Below are positions 51,687 to 64,000 of a stretch of DNA of 64,000 nucleotides, piece by piece. The notes under the pieces are model-generated. The model was not told the DNA's origin, made no database searches, and saw only the letters and a list, made by a program, of their open reading frames with translations. Made by a program: the position numbers and the translations under genes. The DNA comes from Octopus bimaculoides. Lineage: Eukaryota. The DNA is taken from the NCBI RefSeq assembly GCF_001194135.2, contig NC_068983.1, positions 111,880,377 through 111,944,376 of the forward strand, read 5' to 3'. Numbering within the stretch: position 1 is the stretch's first letter; every line of letters begins with the position of its first letter.

Positions 51687-52119
51687 AGAAATATAATTTT
51701 ATTCTTTGTAGTTGTTGGAACTATTTGAGGGGTATTAAAAGCCCCACTAGCATTGACATAATTCATGATGGATCAATGATAAGACTTTTACACTGTTTTC
51801 AACATCATTATATTCCCTCACTTTTTAGATTTATTAATCATTCTTAGTCTTGCCAATTGATTAGAACATTCACTGCTGAGGTCTTCTTAAATAAAAACAT
51901 GTCTGTTATTTTCACCAGTTGGTTTTAAAATCCAGCTCCACAGCAATCTATAGTGTCTGTATTATTGAAAAATTTCAATCAACTGATCTTATCACCCTTA
52001 ATATTATTTTTGTCTTTTTTTTTTATAGATTTTAAACACTGTTGTATGTACTTTTTGTCTACTAATTGCTTGAATAATCTCGGTCAAAGTTTTCCATACT
52101 ATTTTACATATATGAAACC

Positions 52120-52181
<62 letters not shown>

Positions 52182-52193
52182 CTGCTAGTACAT

Positions 52194-52226
<33 letters not shown>

Positions 52227-53639
52227 TGCATACTTTCATATATACATACATACATATATGTGTGTANNNNNNNNNNNNNNNNNNNNNNNNNNNNNNNNNN
52301 NNNNNNNNNNNNNNNNNNNNNNNNNNNNNNNNNNNNNNNNNNNNNNNNNNNNNNNNNNNNNNNNNNNNNNNNNNNNNNNNNNNNNNNNNNNNNNNNNNNN
52401 NNNNNNNNNNNNNNNNNNNNNNNNNNNNNNNNNNNNNNNNNNNNNNNNNNNNNNNNNNNNNNNNNNNNNNNNNNNNNNNNNNNNNNNNNNNNNNNNNNNN
52501 NNNNNNNNNNNNNNNNNNNNNNNNNNNNNNNNNNNNNNNNNNNNNNNNNNNNNNNNNNNNNNNNNNNNNNNNNNNNNNNNNNNNNNNNNNNNNNNNNNNN
52601 NNNNNNNNNNNNNNNNNNNNNNNNNNNNNNNNNNNNNNNNNNNNNNNNNNNNNNNNNNNNNNNNNNNNNNNNNNNNNNNNNNNNNNNNNNNNNNNNNNNN
52701 NNNNNNNNNNNNNNNNNNNNNNNNNNNNNNNNNNNNNNNNNNNNNNNNNNNNNNNNNNNNNNNNNNNNNNNNNNNNNNNNNNNNNNNNNNNNNNNNNNNN
52801 NNNNNNNNNNNNNNNNNNNNNNNNNNNNNNNNNNNNNNNNNNNNNNNNNNNNNNNNNNNNNNNNNNNNNNNNNNNNNNNNNNNNNNNNNNNNNNNNNNNN
52901 NNNNNNNNNNNNNNNNNNNNNNNNNNNNNNNNNNNNNNNNNNNNNNNNNNNNNNNNNNNNNNNNNNNNNNNNNNNNNNNNNNNNNNNNNNNNNNNNNNNN
53001 NNNNNNNTATATATATATATATTCTATTGCTTCTTTACATTCTTCTTTTCTTTCTTCCTTTTTTTTTTAACGAAAGACAAATTCAGATTTTAATTTGATT
53101 TACACTACACAAAATGAACAAAAATCCAGATATTGAAAATATCATCTCACAAAACATTGATGATAAGAAGCAACCAGCCAAGATAGTTAAAAGTCTGTAG
53201 TATATAGTCAGTGATATAACCTTTATACAAAATTGTTTCATAGAACAGTGAGTCTAACCTTACCAACACCTCAGTTATATTAGTTTATCACATTCAGCAG
53301 TAACATGCTGATATATTATACTCCAGTAAAAACTGTAATAGAACTCAGTCATGGGAAGAAGTGATGTATCATGCAGATAATTATCTGATAACATTTCACC
53401 TATATTAGTTTTCTCATCTATTGATTTTATATGCCAAGATAGATAAATATATATACATATATACTACACTCACACACATGCACAAACACATATACAAACT
53501 TACATACAGACACAAACATACATACATACACACATGCAAATATGGATGTGTGTATGTATGTTTATTTCTATTACCATCATTGCCATAACCATTTTAGTGT
53601 CAATTTTTTTTTGTCTTTTTGTTTTGTTTCTTTGAGGAG

Positions 53640-54116
53640 TTTTTTTTTGTCTATGCTAGGCAGAATTAAATAGATCTGTAATACATCTTTCCAGTAATCT
53701 CGATCCTGTCTTACGAGATCTATGAAGTCCTGTCTTCTCACAACTCTATCTAACAATTCCATCTCTTTATTTATCTACATCTTCTATAGGTAACTTCTAC
53801 CACAGAGCTAAGGGATTTGCCATCAATCAAGTATTATCTTTTCACATCACATGTACATATCAACCCAACCATCTCTCCCCCTCTCTCTCTCATATATATA
53901 TATATANNNNNNNNNNNNNNNNNNNNNNNNNNNNNNNNNNNNNNNNNNNNNNNNNNNNNNNNNNNNNNNNNNNNNNNNNNNNNNNNNNNNNNNNNNNNNN
54001 NNNNNNNNNNNNNNNNNNNNNNNNNNNNNNNNNNNNNNNNNNNNNNNNNNNNNNNNNNNNNNNNNNNNNNNNNNNNNNNNNNNNNNNNNNNNNNNNATAT
54101 ATATTTACATGTATGC

Positions 54117-54152
<36 letters not shown>

Positions 54153-54330
54153 CAATACCTATTAAGATCTGTAGTTCTGTCCTTTCCTTGCCAGTAACCT
54201 TCCTAATGAGTTCACATTGTGTGGAGAAGAGGTTACTTTCAACTTGCACTTCTCCAATTTGTGCTGATCCCTTGATTTCTGTGACTAGGGTTTATTACCT
54301 TAAAACATTTATATTTCTTCCACATATCTA
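53640..54330 (-). mobile_element. Old RTE LINE C-terminal relic, split by a gap
   Basis: Minus strand EVQVESNLF (compare LEVVDSFRYLG), and ORF 53577-53762 VVRRQDF..LVRQDRDYWK (compare the RTE terminal DRxxWR motif). Confidence 0.4.
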
Positions 54331-54574
54331 ACATATCTAACAAAATCCAATTTTTTATATGGACAGAGGATCCCTTATTCATCAACAATAATCATTTCTA
54401 CATTTTTTTTATCTCACAGAAACTTGGACTGTGTGACATTAGAAACTGCATCATAAGCTTTTTGTGATATGCTGATTGTTTGAGTGGTTCATCTAATTCA
54501 ATCTCTTTTTGTTAAACCAGAAAATTTTGTGTATTTTACGTTCCAGTGCTTTTGTAATTTGGACATTTTTACTC

Positions 54575-54992
54575 TTTCACCCTTTTACTTGTTTCAGTCA
54601 TATTTTACTGTGACCATGCTGGAGCACCATCTGAAAAGGTTTTAGTCAAAGAAATCAACTCCAGGACTTATTCTTTGTTAGCCTAGTACTTATTCTGTTG
54701 GTGTCTTTTGCTGAACCAGTAACTTATGAGCATGTAAACATACCAACATTGGTTGTCAAGCGATGGTGAGAGAACAAACTCAGAGACAAAAACATACACA
54801 CACACACACATGCATACACACACACATATGTATATATATGATGGGCTTCTTGTAGCTTCCGTCTGCCAAATCCACTCACAAGGCTTTGGTCATCCCAAGG
54901 CTATAGTAGTAAACACCTGCCCAAGGTGCCGTGCAGTGGGACGGAGCCTGGAACCATGTGGTTAAGAAGCAAGTTACTTACTACACAACCAC
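54575..54992 (-). mobile_element. (TG)n-containing tRNA-derived SINE
   Basis: Reverse complement of the 32555 family. Confidence 0.8.
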
Positions 54993-54999
54993 TGTAGTT

Positions 55000-55385
55000 G
55001 TTTTGCAGACATGTCTTAGTGGTTTAGAAGCTCATTGCCACCACATGCTTTTGGGTTAAGTCCCACTGTATGTCACTTTGGCCAAGTGTTGCCTACTATA
55101 GCTCCAGATCAACCAATGCCTTGAGTGAATTTGGTAGACAGAAACTGTATGGAAGCCCACCATATGTGTGTGTGTGGGGGGGTTCTGTTTGTTCTTCCAC
55201 TATCACTTGACAACCAGTGCTGGTTTATTTGGATTCTTCTACCTTAGCAATTCAGCAAAAAATGCAATAGAATAAGCACCAGACTGTAAAAGAATGAGTA
55301 TATGGGTAAATTTGTTTAACTAAACTCTCCAAGGTAGTGGCACCAGCATGACTGCAGTCCAATGACTAAAACCAATAAAAGGTAA
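55000..55385 (+). mobile_element. (TG)n-containing tRNA-derived SINE, diverged, head-to-head with the previous copy
   Basis: GGGTTAAGTCCCACTG...TGAATTTGGTAGACAGAAACTG...CACCAGCATGACTGCAGTCCAATGACTAAAAC. Confidence 0.75.
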
Positions 55386-57324
55386 AATAACATTTATGCT
55401 TGTCTTTTCTTTTCCTGCATTTTAAGCAAGACCATTTTGCAAATGATATTTACTAATCTGTATTTAACTCTAGGCTATATGCACATTCTTATCTTTCAAC
55501 TCAAGCCAAGTCCTTTTAGCTGCAAAATAATCTTGTTCTCTTGTTGATTTATTTGTGGAAATCTAATCAGCATATGAATGTTTTCATTGACATCCAATTT
55601 TCATTTTGTTTCTGATGGTCTCAATGATTAATATGAATAAGTTACTTTAAATTCATTGCTAAATTTTTATGTGATGTTAATCAAAAGCTTTATATTATTT
55701 TACATGACCTAAACAATTTCCAGGAACCATGTTTTGAATTCTTTTCTTACTGACAATAAAGTTCTAATTGTGAAATCATGTCAAAGGTACTCTTTAAGAT
55801 GTAACACCCATGAAATCTGAGATAACTTGAGATGAGCTTTGTTAGCAAGTGAAGTTCAATATTGGGTACAAAATAGAATAATTTCATATGGATTATAATA
55901 ATATTTCTTTCAAACTTCACTTTTGTTACATTTATTAAAACTCCAAATAATCCCTCTCAACACTTGGCTGGGATACTCTTCTACCACTCCTGTTCATGAT
56001 CAGAGATGTACATATTGTCAGCCACTAAGGGGTATGCTCAACTGGTTAAGGTCAAACAACTGACAAGCAAATCTGTGGCATTGAGCATAATATTTGCTGC
56101 AACAGTATTTCTGCTTCAGTAACTGAAATGTAATGGAATCTGACTGAAACATTGAATCTGCCTGAATTGTAATGGAAAATAGGTAAGTTTCAAAACAGTG
56201 ATGTCCAGGATTACAAAAGTAAAGTTTTGAAGGGAATAGCAGTCATTTCATTAGATTTCTAGCTAGAAGCAAATAGCAAGTAACACTTACTGACCAAAAA
56301 CAAAAAAAAACATTAAAATTTTGTTATACAGTGTTATTCAATTTTGTGAGCTTATTTTCACACTGACTGATACTTTTCTTGTTTTGTTCAACTTACTTTT
56401 ATCCTGCATAGCTTTGTGAATAAGCATTTAAAACATGTTTTTTATCTTACTCCACTACTTAACCCATTTGTTACCATATGTCTGCTGAAGCACACTGTCT
56501 TAATTTCAATTAATTTTCTAAATAATGAAAAACTTTATAAAATAACTGTGATCTTATTAATCTGGTGTTTGAAAAATAAATTAAAATTAAATTTTCTGGA
56601 AGGTTTTTACATTAGATCACTTTAAAACATGAAGTTTGTATAATACAACAAAAGGCAAGTGTGTTGGTATCAAAAGAGTCAAGATCCCTTATCAAGCTAC
56701 CATTCCTGTCATGTAAATATAGATAGCATACTCTACCACAATCTCATGAATCTCAGATAGGACAACACAACCTGGAAATGTCATGCATCAGCAAATAAGC
56801 ACCTAACCATCAGTTCCATTTAACTATGGCAAGCATTTAATTTTGTTGATATCTACACACAGGCATACACACAAAGACACACACACACACACACACACAT
56901 ATATACTAGTTTAAACGCTGCCCAATAGGGCAGCTTTTAAACTAACTCTTGTCTTTATTGCAAAGTATTTTGTCTGCAAGTTTAAGTCTCCAGTTATTGG
57001 ACAGGTAGTTTCTTTACACTTTGCACTACCTAACAACTTATTGAGCAGGGATTCTTCAGCTTTTTGTCCCAGCATCTTGAGATGATATTCTAAATAAAAG
57101 TATATCCCTCATAATCTTTCTTTTATTGTTTAATAAAAAGAAGATTAGTGCTCAATGAATCTTATCAGAATTTTGGTGACTTGTAGGAGGACATTATGGT
57201 TTGACTAGATACATCATCTAACCAGATTCTACTGAAGTACAAGATGGGTGGTGTTAAACAAAGCAATGAATTAATCAGTGTCCTACTATCCAACCTATGC
57301 CAGTCTGAAACATGGAGATTGAAT

Positions 57325-57327
57325 GAC

Positions 57328-57375
<48 letters not shown>

Positions 57376-57593
57376 GGTGGTGGTGATTCATGACAAATTC
57401 TTTCCAGATGGTCAAAATATTGATGTCAACCTGTACTTTGAACAGCTGGAGCAGATGTAGGACATTGTGCAGCAAAAATACCCGGCAATACCCAGGTGGT
57501 GGTGGCGGTAGTGGCGGTGAATGGTGCTAGTGATGGTGGTGGCGGTGGTAATGGTGGTGGCGGCAGTGGCAGTGGCTGTGACGGCAGCAGTGG

Positions 57594-57652
<59 letters not shown>

Positions 57653-57665
57653 TTGTTGATGATGA
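57325..57665. repeat. (GAT)n/(GGT)n/(GGC)-rich trinucleotide repeats surrounding a mariner scrap
   Basis: Directly visible. Confidence 0.9.
57392..57490 (+). mobile_element. Short mariner catalytic-domain fragment
   Basis: FPDGQNIDVNLYFEQLEQM*DIVQQKYPAI resembles LxPGxTIxAxxYxxQLxRLxxxLxxKRP. Confidence 0.55.
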
Positions 57666-57949
57666 TATCTGCATTCAGATACTGATTACTATATGCAGTT
57701 AATAAATTAATTAACACTTTCTTATATATCTTGTTAACTAGCTTTCAGCTTGTAAGGCATCATTGGGAAGTTGCTAAATCCTCACTCGCCCATTTGCTGA
57801 AGTTTCCTATAACAAGTCTTTAACATGATATGAGAAAAAGCATTAGATTGGCACAAACACATGGTTTAACTTTCTAGATTCCATGCCAAAATATGCATAT
57901 GTACATACACACATACATAAGTACATGTATTCTTACATATTTATGTATG

Positions 57950-58006
<57 letters not shown>

Positions 58007-58212
58007 NNNNNNNNNNNNNNNNNNNNNNNNNNNNNNNNNNNNNNNNNNNNNNNNNNNNNNNNNNNNNNNNNNNNNNNNNNNNNNNNNNNNNNNNNNNNNN
58101 NNNNNNNNNNNNNNNNNNNNNNNNNNNNNNNNNNNNNNNNNNNNNNNNNNNNNNNNNNNNNNNNNNNNNNNNNNNNNNNNNNNNNNNNNNNNNNNNNNNN
58201 NNNNNNNNNNNN

Positions 58213-58283
<71 letters not shown>

Positions 58284-58312
58284 GTATGTATCTATCTATC
58301 TATCTATCCTCA

Positions 58313-58428
<116 letters not shown>

Positions 58429-58807
58429 CCATGCATGCACAAACACATACATATATGAATTAATGACATTTACTTACATACAAACAGAGTTGCATATGCA
58501 TAAACTGAATGCATAAGTAAGGAGAGAAAGACAATTCAAATGAGAAATCAGAAGTGTAAATAAGAGAGAATAAAGGCACATGAAATAGATAACAGCAGGG
58601 AATTCTATCATGAAAAGTTGCAAAGGTATTGAGAACATGAGGTTATATAACAAATATACTGGTTTCTCATGTAATTAATTAGGTTCTTTTTGTATAGCTC
58701 CAAGTCAACCTAATAAATGTATACACATGCACACACATGCATATATGTTACATATATATGTGTGTGTGGGTGTGTATACACACATACATAGATATATTTG
58801 CATACAA

Positions 58808-58845
<38 letters not shown>

Positions 58846-59314
58846 NNNNNNNNNNNNNNNNNNNNNNNNNNNNNNNNNNNNNNNNNNNNNNNNNNNNNNN
58901 NNNNNNNNNNNNNNNNNNNNNNNNNNNNNNNNNNNNNNNNNNNNNNNNNNNNNNNNNNNNNNNNNNNNNNNNNNNNNNNNNNNNNNNNNNNNNNNNNNNN
59001 NNNNNNNNNNNNNNNNNNNNNNNNNNNNNNNNNNNNNNNNNNNNNNNNNNNNNNNNNNNNNNNNNNNNNNNNNNNNNNNNNNNNNNNNNNNNNNNNNNNN
59101 NNNNNNNNNNNNNNNNNNNNNNNNNNNNNNNNNNNNNNNNNNNNNNNNNNNNNNNNNNNNNNNNNNNNNNNNNNNNNNNNNNNNNNNNNNNNNNNNNNNN
59201 NNNNNNNNNNNNNNNNNNNNNNNNNNNNNNNNNNNNNNNNNNNNNNNNNNNNNNNNNNNNNNNNNNNNNNNNNNNNNNNNNNNNNNNNNNNNNNNNNNNN
59301 NNNNNNNNNNNNNN

Positions 59315-59372
<58 letters not shown>

Positions 59373-59954
59373 TGTATATATGCAATATATACACATGTAC
59401 ATGAATTACATACATGCATGTACATGATATATAAATAAGCATACATAGTTGAACAAAAGTTTGAAAGCCATAGAACATAGAATGCAATTTTAATAAAGTA
59501 TATAGTTTTATTCTTACTCTTTTATTATAGTTTGATCTGACAGATCCTTTTCAAATGATGCCTTGAAACAGAAACAATTAAAAACAAAAATTAACAACTG
59601 ACACTTGCCAATATAGATCTGAAAATATTGAACTTCCAAATGTATTTGGAAATGTTGCTGCAGAAACATGTTATGCAAATGTAAATTATAAAACATCCTT
59701 CTTGAACTTTTTTTACCCTGTGTGCATTTTGGAGGTTTGTGGATGTGCTGCTACACTGTGTTTAAAATTTTGTGGAAATATAATATAAAATATAATATGT
59801 GCAACTCTCTCAACAAGAACTCATAACTTGAACTGGCCATGATACCATAAACCTTGACTAAAAAAAGGATTTAGCAAATCCTATCAGGTGGTGTTATCAA
59901 GTTATGTACAGCCTGGGTCAATCTTTGGTCAAAACATATCTGTATACATGTATA

Positions 59955-60102
59955 CACTAACGTAGCTTGGGTGGGGGTTAGGTAAAGTCTGCCTCGAGTG
60001 GCACTTTTAGGTCTGCTATAGGCAGTATGTGTTTTTTGTGAGGTCCGAGGGTAGTAAGCAGAAGGGCTGTCCCGGGTGGCACATACTCTAGCTACGCTAG
60101 TG
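59955..60102. mobile_element. 148-bp MITE with short TIRs
   Basis: CACTAACGTAGCT / AGCTACGCTAGTG (12/13 complementary), GC-rich interior. Flanks CATGTATA / AATGTATG are a 6/8 match, possibly a decayed 8-bp TSD. Confidence 0.55.
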
Positions 60103-60164
60103 AATGTATGTATGTATCTATGTTTATACAATTTTGTGGAAATATAATAGAAAATATAATCATC

Positions 60165-60697
60165 ATCATTGTTTCACATCTGCTTTCCATGCTGGCATGG
60201 GTGGGATGGTTTGACAGGAGCTGGCCAGGCAGAATGAGTATGTTTATGTCTCCCTGTCTTAACATCACGATAGTTATAAAATGGTTGTCACTGTCATACA
60301 AACAGTGTCACTCATTTCCAATATTTTGAAAGAACATATCTGGCCATGGATAAATATTACTTTGTTTGGAAACAGGTGAGTGTTGGTGACAGGAAGGGCA
60401 TCCAGCTGCATAAAATCTGCCTTATTAAAATCCATCTGACCCATGCAAGCATGGAAAAGGGACATTAAACTGATGATGATAATATANNNNNNNNNNNNNN
60501 NNNNNNNNNNNNNNNNNNNNNNNNNNNNNNNNNNNNNNNNNNNNNNNNNNNNNNNNNNNNNNNNNNTTACTTTGTTTGGAAACAGGTGAGTGTTGGTGAC
60601 AGGAAGGGCATCCAGCTGCATAAAATCTGCCTTATTAAAATCCATCTGACCCATGCAAGCATGGAAAAGGGACATTAAACTGATGATGATAATATAA
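60165..60697. mobile_element. Cluster of RTE-type tails: minus 60165-60235, plus 60245-60486, plus exact duplicate 60567-60696
   Basis: GGAAGGGCATCCAGCTG...CATGCAAGCATGGAAAAG..TTAAACTGATGATG. The duplicate flanks an 80-N gap. Confidence 0.75.
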
Positions 60698-61697
60698 TAG
60701 TGAAACATGGTGAGAGCAGGCACAGGATATGTGAACAGAAGGAAAAAAATGAAGTATGCTCTATTGGATGTCATTTATTAGTGTACATGAGGAATAGAGC
60801 ACAAAGGATCTGAGAGAAAAACTGAGTATAAGCAAGAGAGGGATGCTTATGGCTTTCAGTTTGATAAAGTGTTATGAGATTCAAGTAAAAGAGATCTGTA
60901 GAAGACCAATGAGAACAAGGGGACAAGAAAGGAAAACTGATCTCAAAAGACAGAAGGCCCAAAAGGAAATGGTTAGTAACTATAACAGGTGTTGAGATTC
61001 TGTGTTGTAGAATCCCCATTCAATCTATGTGACTAAGGGGTGTGAAAGCGATGATGATAATGTTTATGCACATTATCATCACCAGCCTCAGCATTTTACA
61101 TTCAAGTTTCAAGGTTGGCTTGACTGTTTTATTGAGATTGTGTTCAATGATTAGATGCCCTTCCTGATGCCTATTACTGCATGAAATGATGCAATGTAAC
61201 TGTTCTAAAACCAGGATAAACATGGCAGATGACATTAAAAATATATTTGTATGTATAGTGTGTGTGTGTGTATGTGTGTGTGTGTATGTGTGTGTGTGTA
61301 TGTGTGTGTATACATATGCACACACACACACACATGTATATATATATATATATATGCATGTATGCATGCATTAATAATGAGAAATAATTCACAGATAGAA
61401 ATTTTATATTTTTATTAATGCATTGCTACACATGTTTCAGCATGACATGTATTTTTATGGGACCACCTCACCATATCCACAGGATATTATCAGATACTAT
61501 TTATAGTATCCATGGACCCTATGGGTGCCCACTAATTCAGCATACATAACTCTTCAAGCAAATACATGTCATGCCAAAACATATGTAGCAAGGCATTGAC
61601 AAAAATAAAATTTCCATCAATGAAGTATTTCTCATCATTAATATATTCATCTGATGTTACACAGAGTACTGCATGCATAACAATTCCTACTCTCCTT

Positions 61698-61898
61698 ACT
61701 TGTTTCAGTCAGTTGACTGCGGCCATGCTGGAGCACCGCCTTTAGTCGAGCAAATCGACCCCAGGACTTATTCTTTCTAAGCCTAGTACTTATTCTATCG
61801 GTCTCTTTTGCCAAACCGCTAAGTTACGGGGGACGTAAACACACCAGCATCGGTTGCCAAGCGATGTTGGGGGGACAAACACAAACACACACACACAC
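61698..61898 (-). mobile_element. 3' half of the (TG)n-containing SINE
   Basis: CTTGTTTCAGTCA...GGCCATGCTGGAGCACCGCCTTTAGTCGAGCAAATCGACCCC. Confidence 0.85.
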
Positions 61899-61908
61899 NN
61901 NNNNNNNN

Positions 61909-62055
61909 CATCGTTTAATATCCACCTTCCATGTTGGCATGGGTTGGGCAGTTTGACAGGAGCCAGCCAGGTAGAAGACTACACCAGGCGTCAGTGTCTG
62001 TTTGGCATGGCTTTTATGGCTGGATGCCCTTCCTAACACTAACCACCCCACAGAT
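61909..62055 (-). mobile_element. RTE-type 3' tail, minus strand
   Basis: CATCGTTTAATATCCACCTTCCATG...GGCTGGATGCCCTTCCTAAC. Confidence 0.8.
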
Positions 62056-62057
62056 GG

Positions 62058-62094
<37 letters not shown>

Positions 62095-62879
62095 AAGCTA
62101 TAAAGTGCACAAGCACTCTTCTGGGTGCACTGCACCCTATAACGGAAACAGTTGTAAGCTATTGTAACTCATTGCAAGATTTCCTGTTCCTTTGTCATTT
62201 AATCACATACATGCATATACACACAGACATACTCACTAGTAATGTGTAATGAAATTTTGTCATTCAAGCTATATTTGGACATTTTGCAATTTAACTTAAT
62301 TTACTTAAATTCGCAGCAGTTTTCAAAAGCAAAAATTTTATAACGATATTTAATTTAAAACAAATTTGTAAATTAACACATGATTGTATGGTGGTGTTTT
62401 TTTTTTTCTATTTTGTAAAATATTCATAAATTTCTCTTCTTTTTAAAAATAAAAGTAAAATTTATCAAATTTTTGTTTAATTCCTGTTTCATTTTTAACA
62501 TGGGGTGTCTAAATGAGAAAAACAACTGGTTACATCATGAAAGATCTTAATTGCATGACAGCCAGTACATTGCAGCATATATGTGACATCAACACCAGGT
62601 TGAATAAGTATCTTTTGTCTACATACACAGTAATGCTAAAATATTTTATCTTGCTCAAAGCTATCAGAAATAAGTTTTAGCTTTTTTGAAATCATAGAAA
62701 ATGAAATTTTCTTACCTTCTTTGATTTATAATTTGAAAAATATGTTTAAATCATGATGTGTTGGTCTAAACAAACAGATATATTGTAAGAGTTCACTGGT
62801 CTCTGAAGATATGTAAAAGTTTTGAAAGATGTTTGCATGATGTAATTAGCACAGTTAATTAACTAGAAAATTTGCTTAG

Positions 62880-63780
62880 ATGAGATTGTACTTCATCTTT
62901 GTACAATCATTCTTGCCACTTCCTAGTAAGACAACTACAGGAGTTCTTAGAAGAGAGCAAATTATTTTATCAAGCATTCCTTGACATGGAATAGATTTTT
63001 GACAGGGTATCATGTTATTTAGTCTAGTGGTTACTATATAAACTAAATGAAGAAAAATGGTTTGTGAAAGACATGCAAGCCATTGAAAGAGATACTGTCA
63101 GCAGGTTTAGAGTTCGCTTTGAACTCAGAATTGAATTTAGAGGAAAGCTGATATTTATCAGAGCTTGGCTCTTAGCGTCCTACTGTTTATTATAATTCTC
63201 CAGGCCATGAGAGAAATGTTAAAGAGTGATTGTAGATGGGGACTTTTATATGCTAATGACCTGGTTCTCACAAGTGAATTTGTTAAAGAATTAGAGAAGC
63301 AGCTCCAAATATTTATGCAAAGCCAAAAATTGAGAGGTATTGAATTAAATTTTGTGAGGCAAAAGTATTAGTCACCAGGAAAGAAGACAAATTTATATTA
63401 ACATCCTGGAAGGGTCTTGTCTGATATGCAGAAATGGACAACAGTCTAATAACAGACATTTTAAGGCTATTTTTCTTTCTAAAACAGTGGTTAATGTAAC
63501 TATCCCCAAAACAGTCTTCTTTATTATTTTCTATTCACTACATACCCCTTCCCCCACCTTACCCACATTTTATGTTTTTTTCAGTTTATAGAAAAGGAAT
63601 AAAAGGAATTGGTAAGAATTCTATATGGTGTTACCCAATGTAAACTTTGGATGCACAGGAGGACTACAGTAAACCTTAGATGCATCATAGGAGTACAGTA
63701 GGAATACAAGTAATCTGACTGAGAAAAAGGATTTTGTTTGTAGTCGATATATTAGAGTAACTGATTGAAATCAGTTATTA
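62880..63780 (+). mobile_element. Decayed RTE LINE reverse-transcriptase region
   Basis: LVRQLQEFLEESKLFYQAFLDME*IFDRV, then ORF 63165-63371 LSVLLFIIIL...WGLLYANDLVL (YADD motif), then QCKLWMHRR...LTEKKDFVC (RTE zinc-finger-like insert). Confidence 0.8.
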
Positions 63781-63794
63781 GAAATAGGTACAAG

Positions 63795-63945
63795 CATGGC
63801 TGTGTGGTAAGAAGTTTAGTTCACAACTAAATGATTTCAGGTTTAGTCCATCTAGATAGCACCTTGAGAAAATGTTTTGTATTGCAGCTTCAGCCCAACC
63901 AACCTTGAGAGGGGATTTGGTAGACAGAAGCTGTAAGAATGTCAT
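63795..63945 (+). mobile_element. 5' part of the (TG)n-containing SINE
   Basis: GCATGGCTGTGTGGTAAGAAG...GGTTTAGTCC...GGATTTGGTAGACAGAAGCTG. Confidence 0.7.

Positions 63946-64000
<55 letters not shown>

Noticed and set aside
60357-60696. Exact 130-bp direct repeat
   Set aside because: Identical copies on either side of an 80-N gap; most likely an unmerged contig overlap.

Overview
AT-rich, gap-riddled animal DNA from a draft scaffold, with about 15 N-runs mostly flanked by (TA)n/(CA)n microsatellites. The SINE, RTE-tail and mariner families match those I recall from Octopus (coleoid cephalopod) genomes; the taxon is an inference. I found no supportable host protein-coding exon, tRNA, rRNA or CRISPR array. 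The long ORFs in the supplied track are N-run or microsatellite artefacts, or transposon remnants. The window is a layered transposon graveyard. DNA elements: mariner, Tc1/DUF4817, pogo, Tigger, hAT, Helitron/Helentron. Retroelements: Gypsy with a nested solo LTR, RTE, R4/Dong-like, CR1/L2-like, Penelope-like, and three tRNA-derived SINE families. Features that stand out: two near-canonical minimal type-I hammerhead ribozyme folds on the minus strand (582-667, 6439-6478); four long fold-back structures (21355-21727, 26637-27257, 40426-40804, 50277-50964), one a near-perfect inverted duplication of a Helitron 3' end plus its flank; and an RFX X-box/CCAAT promoter-like patch at about 45.7 kb. 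All homology calls are by-eye motif recognition, and boundaries of decayed elements are approximate.
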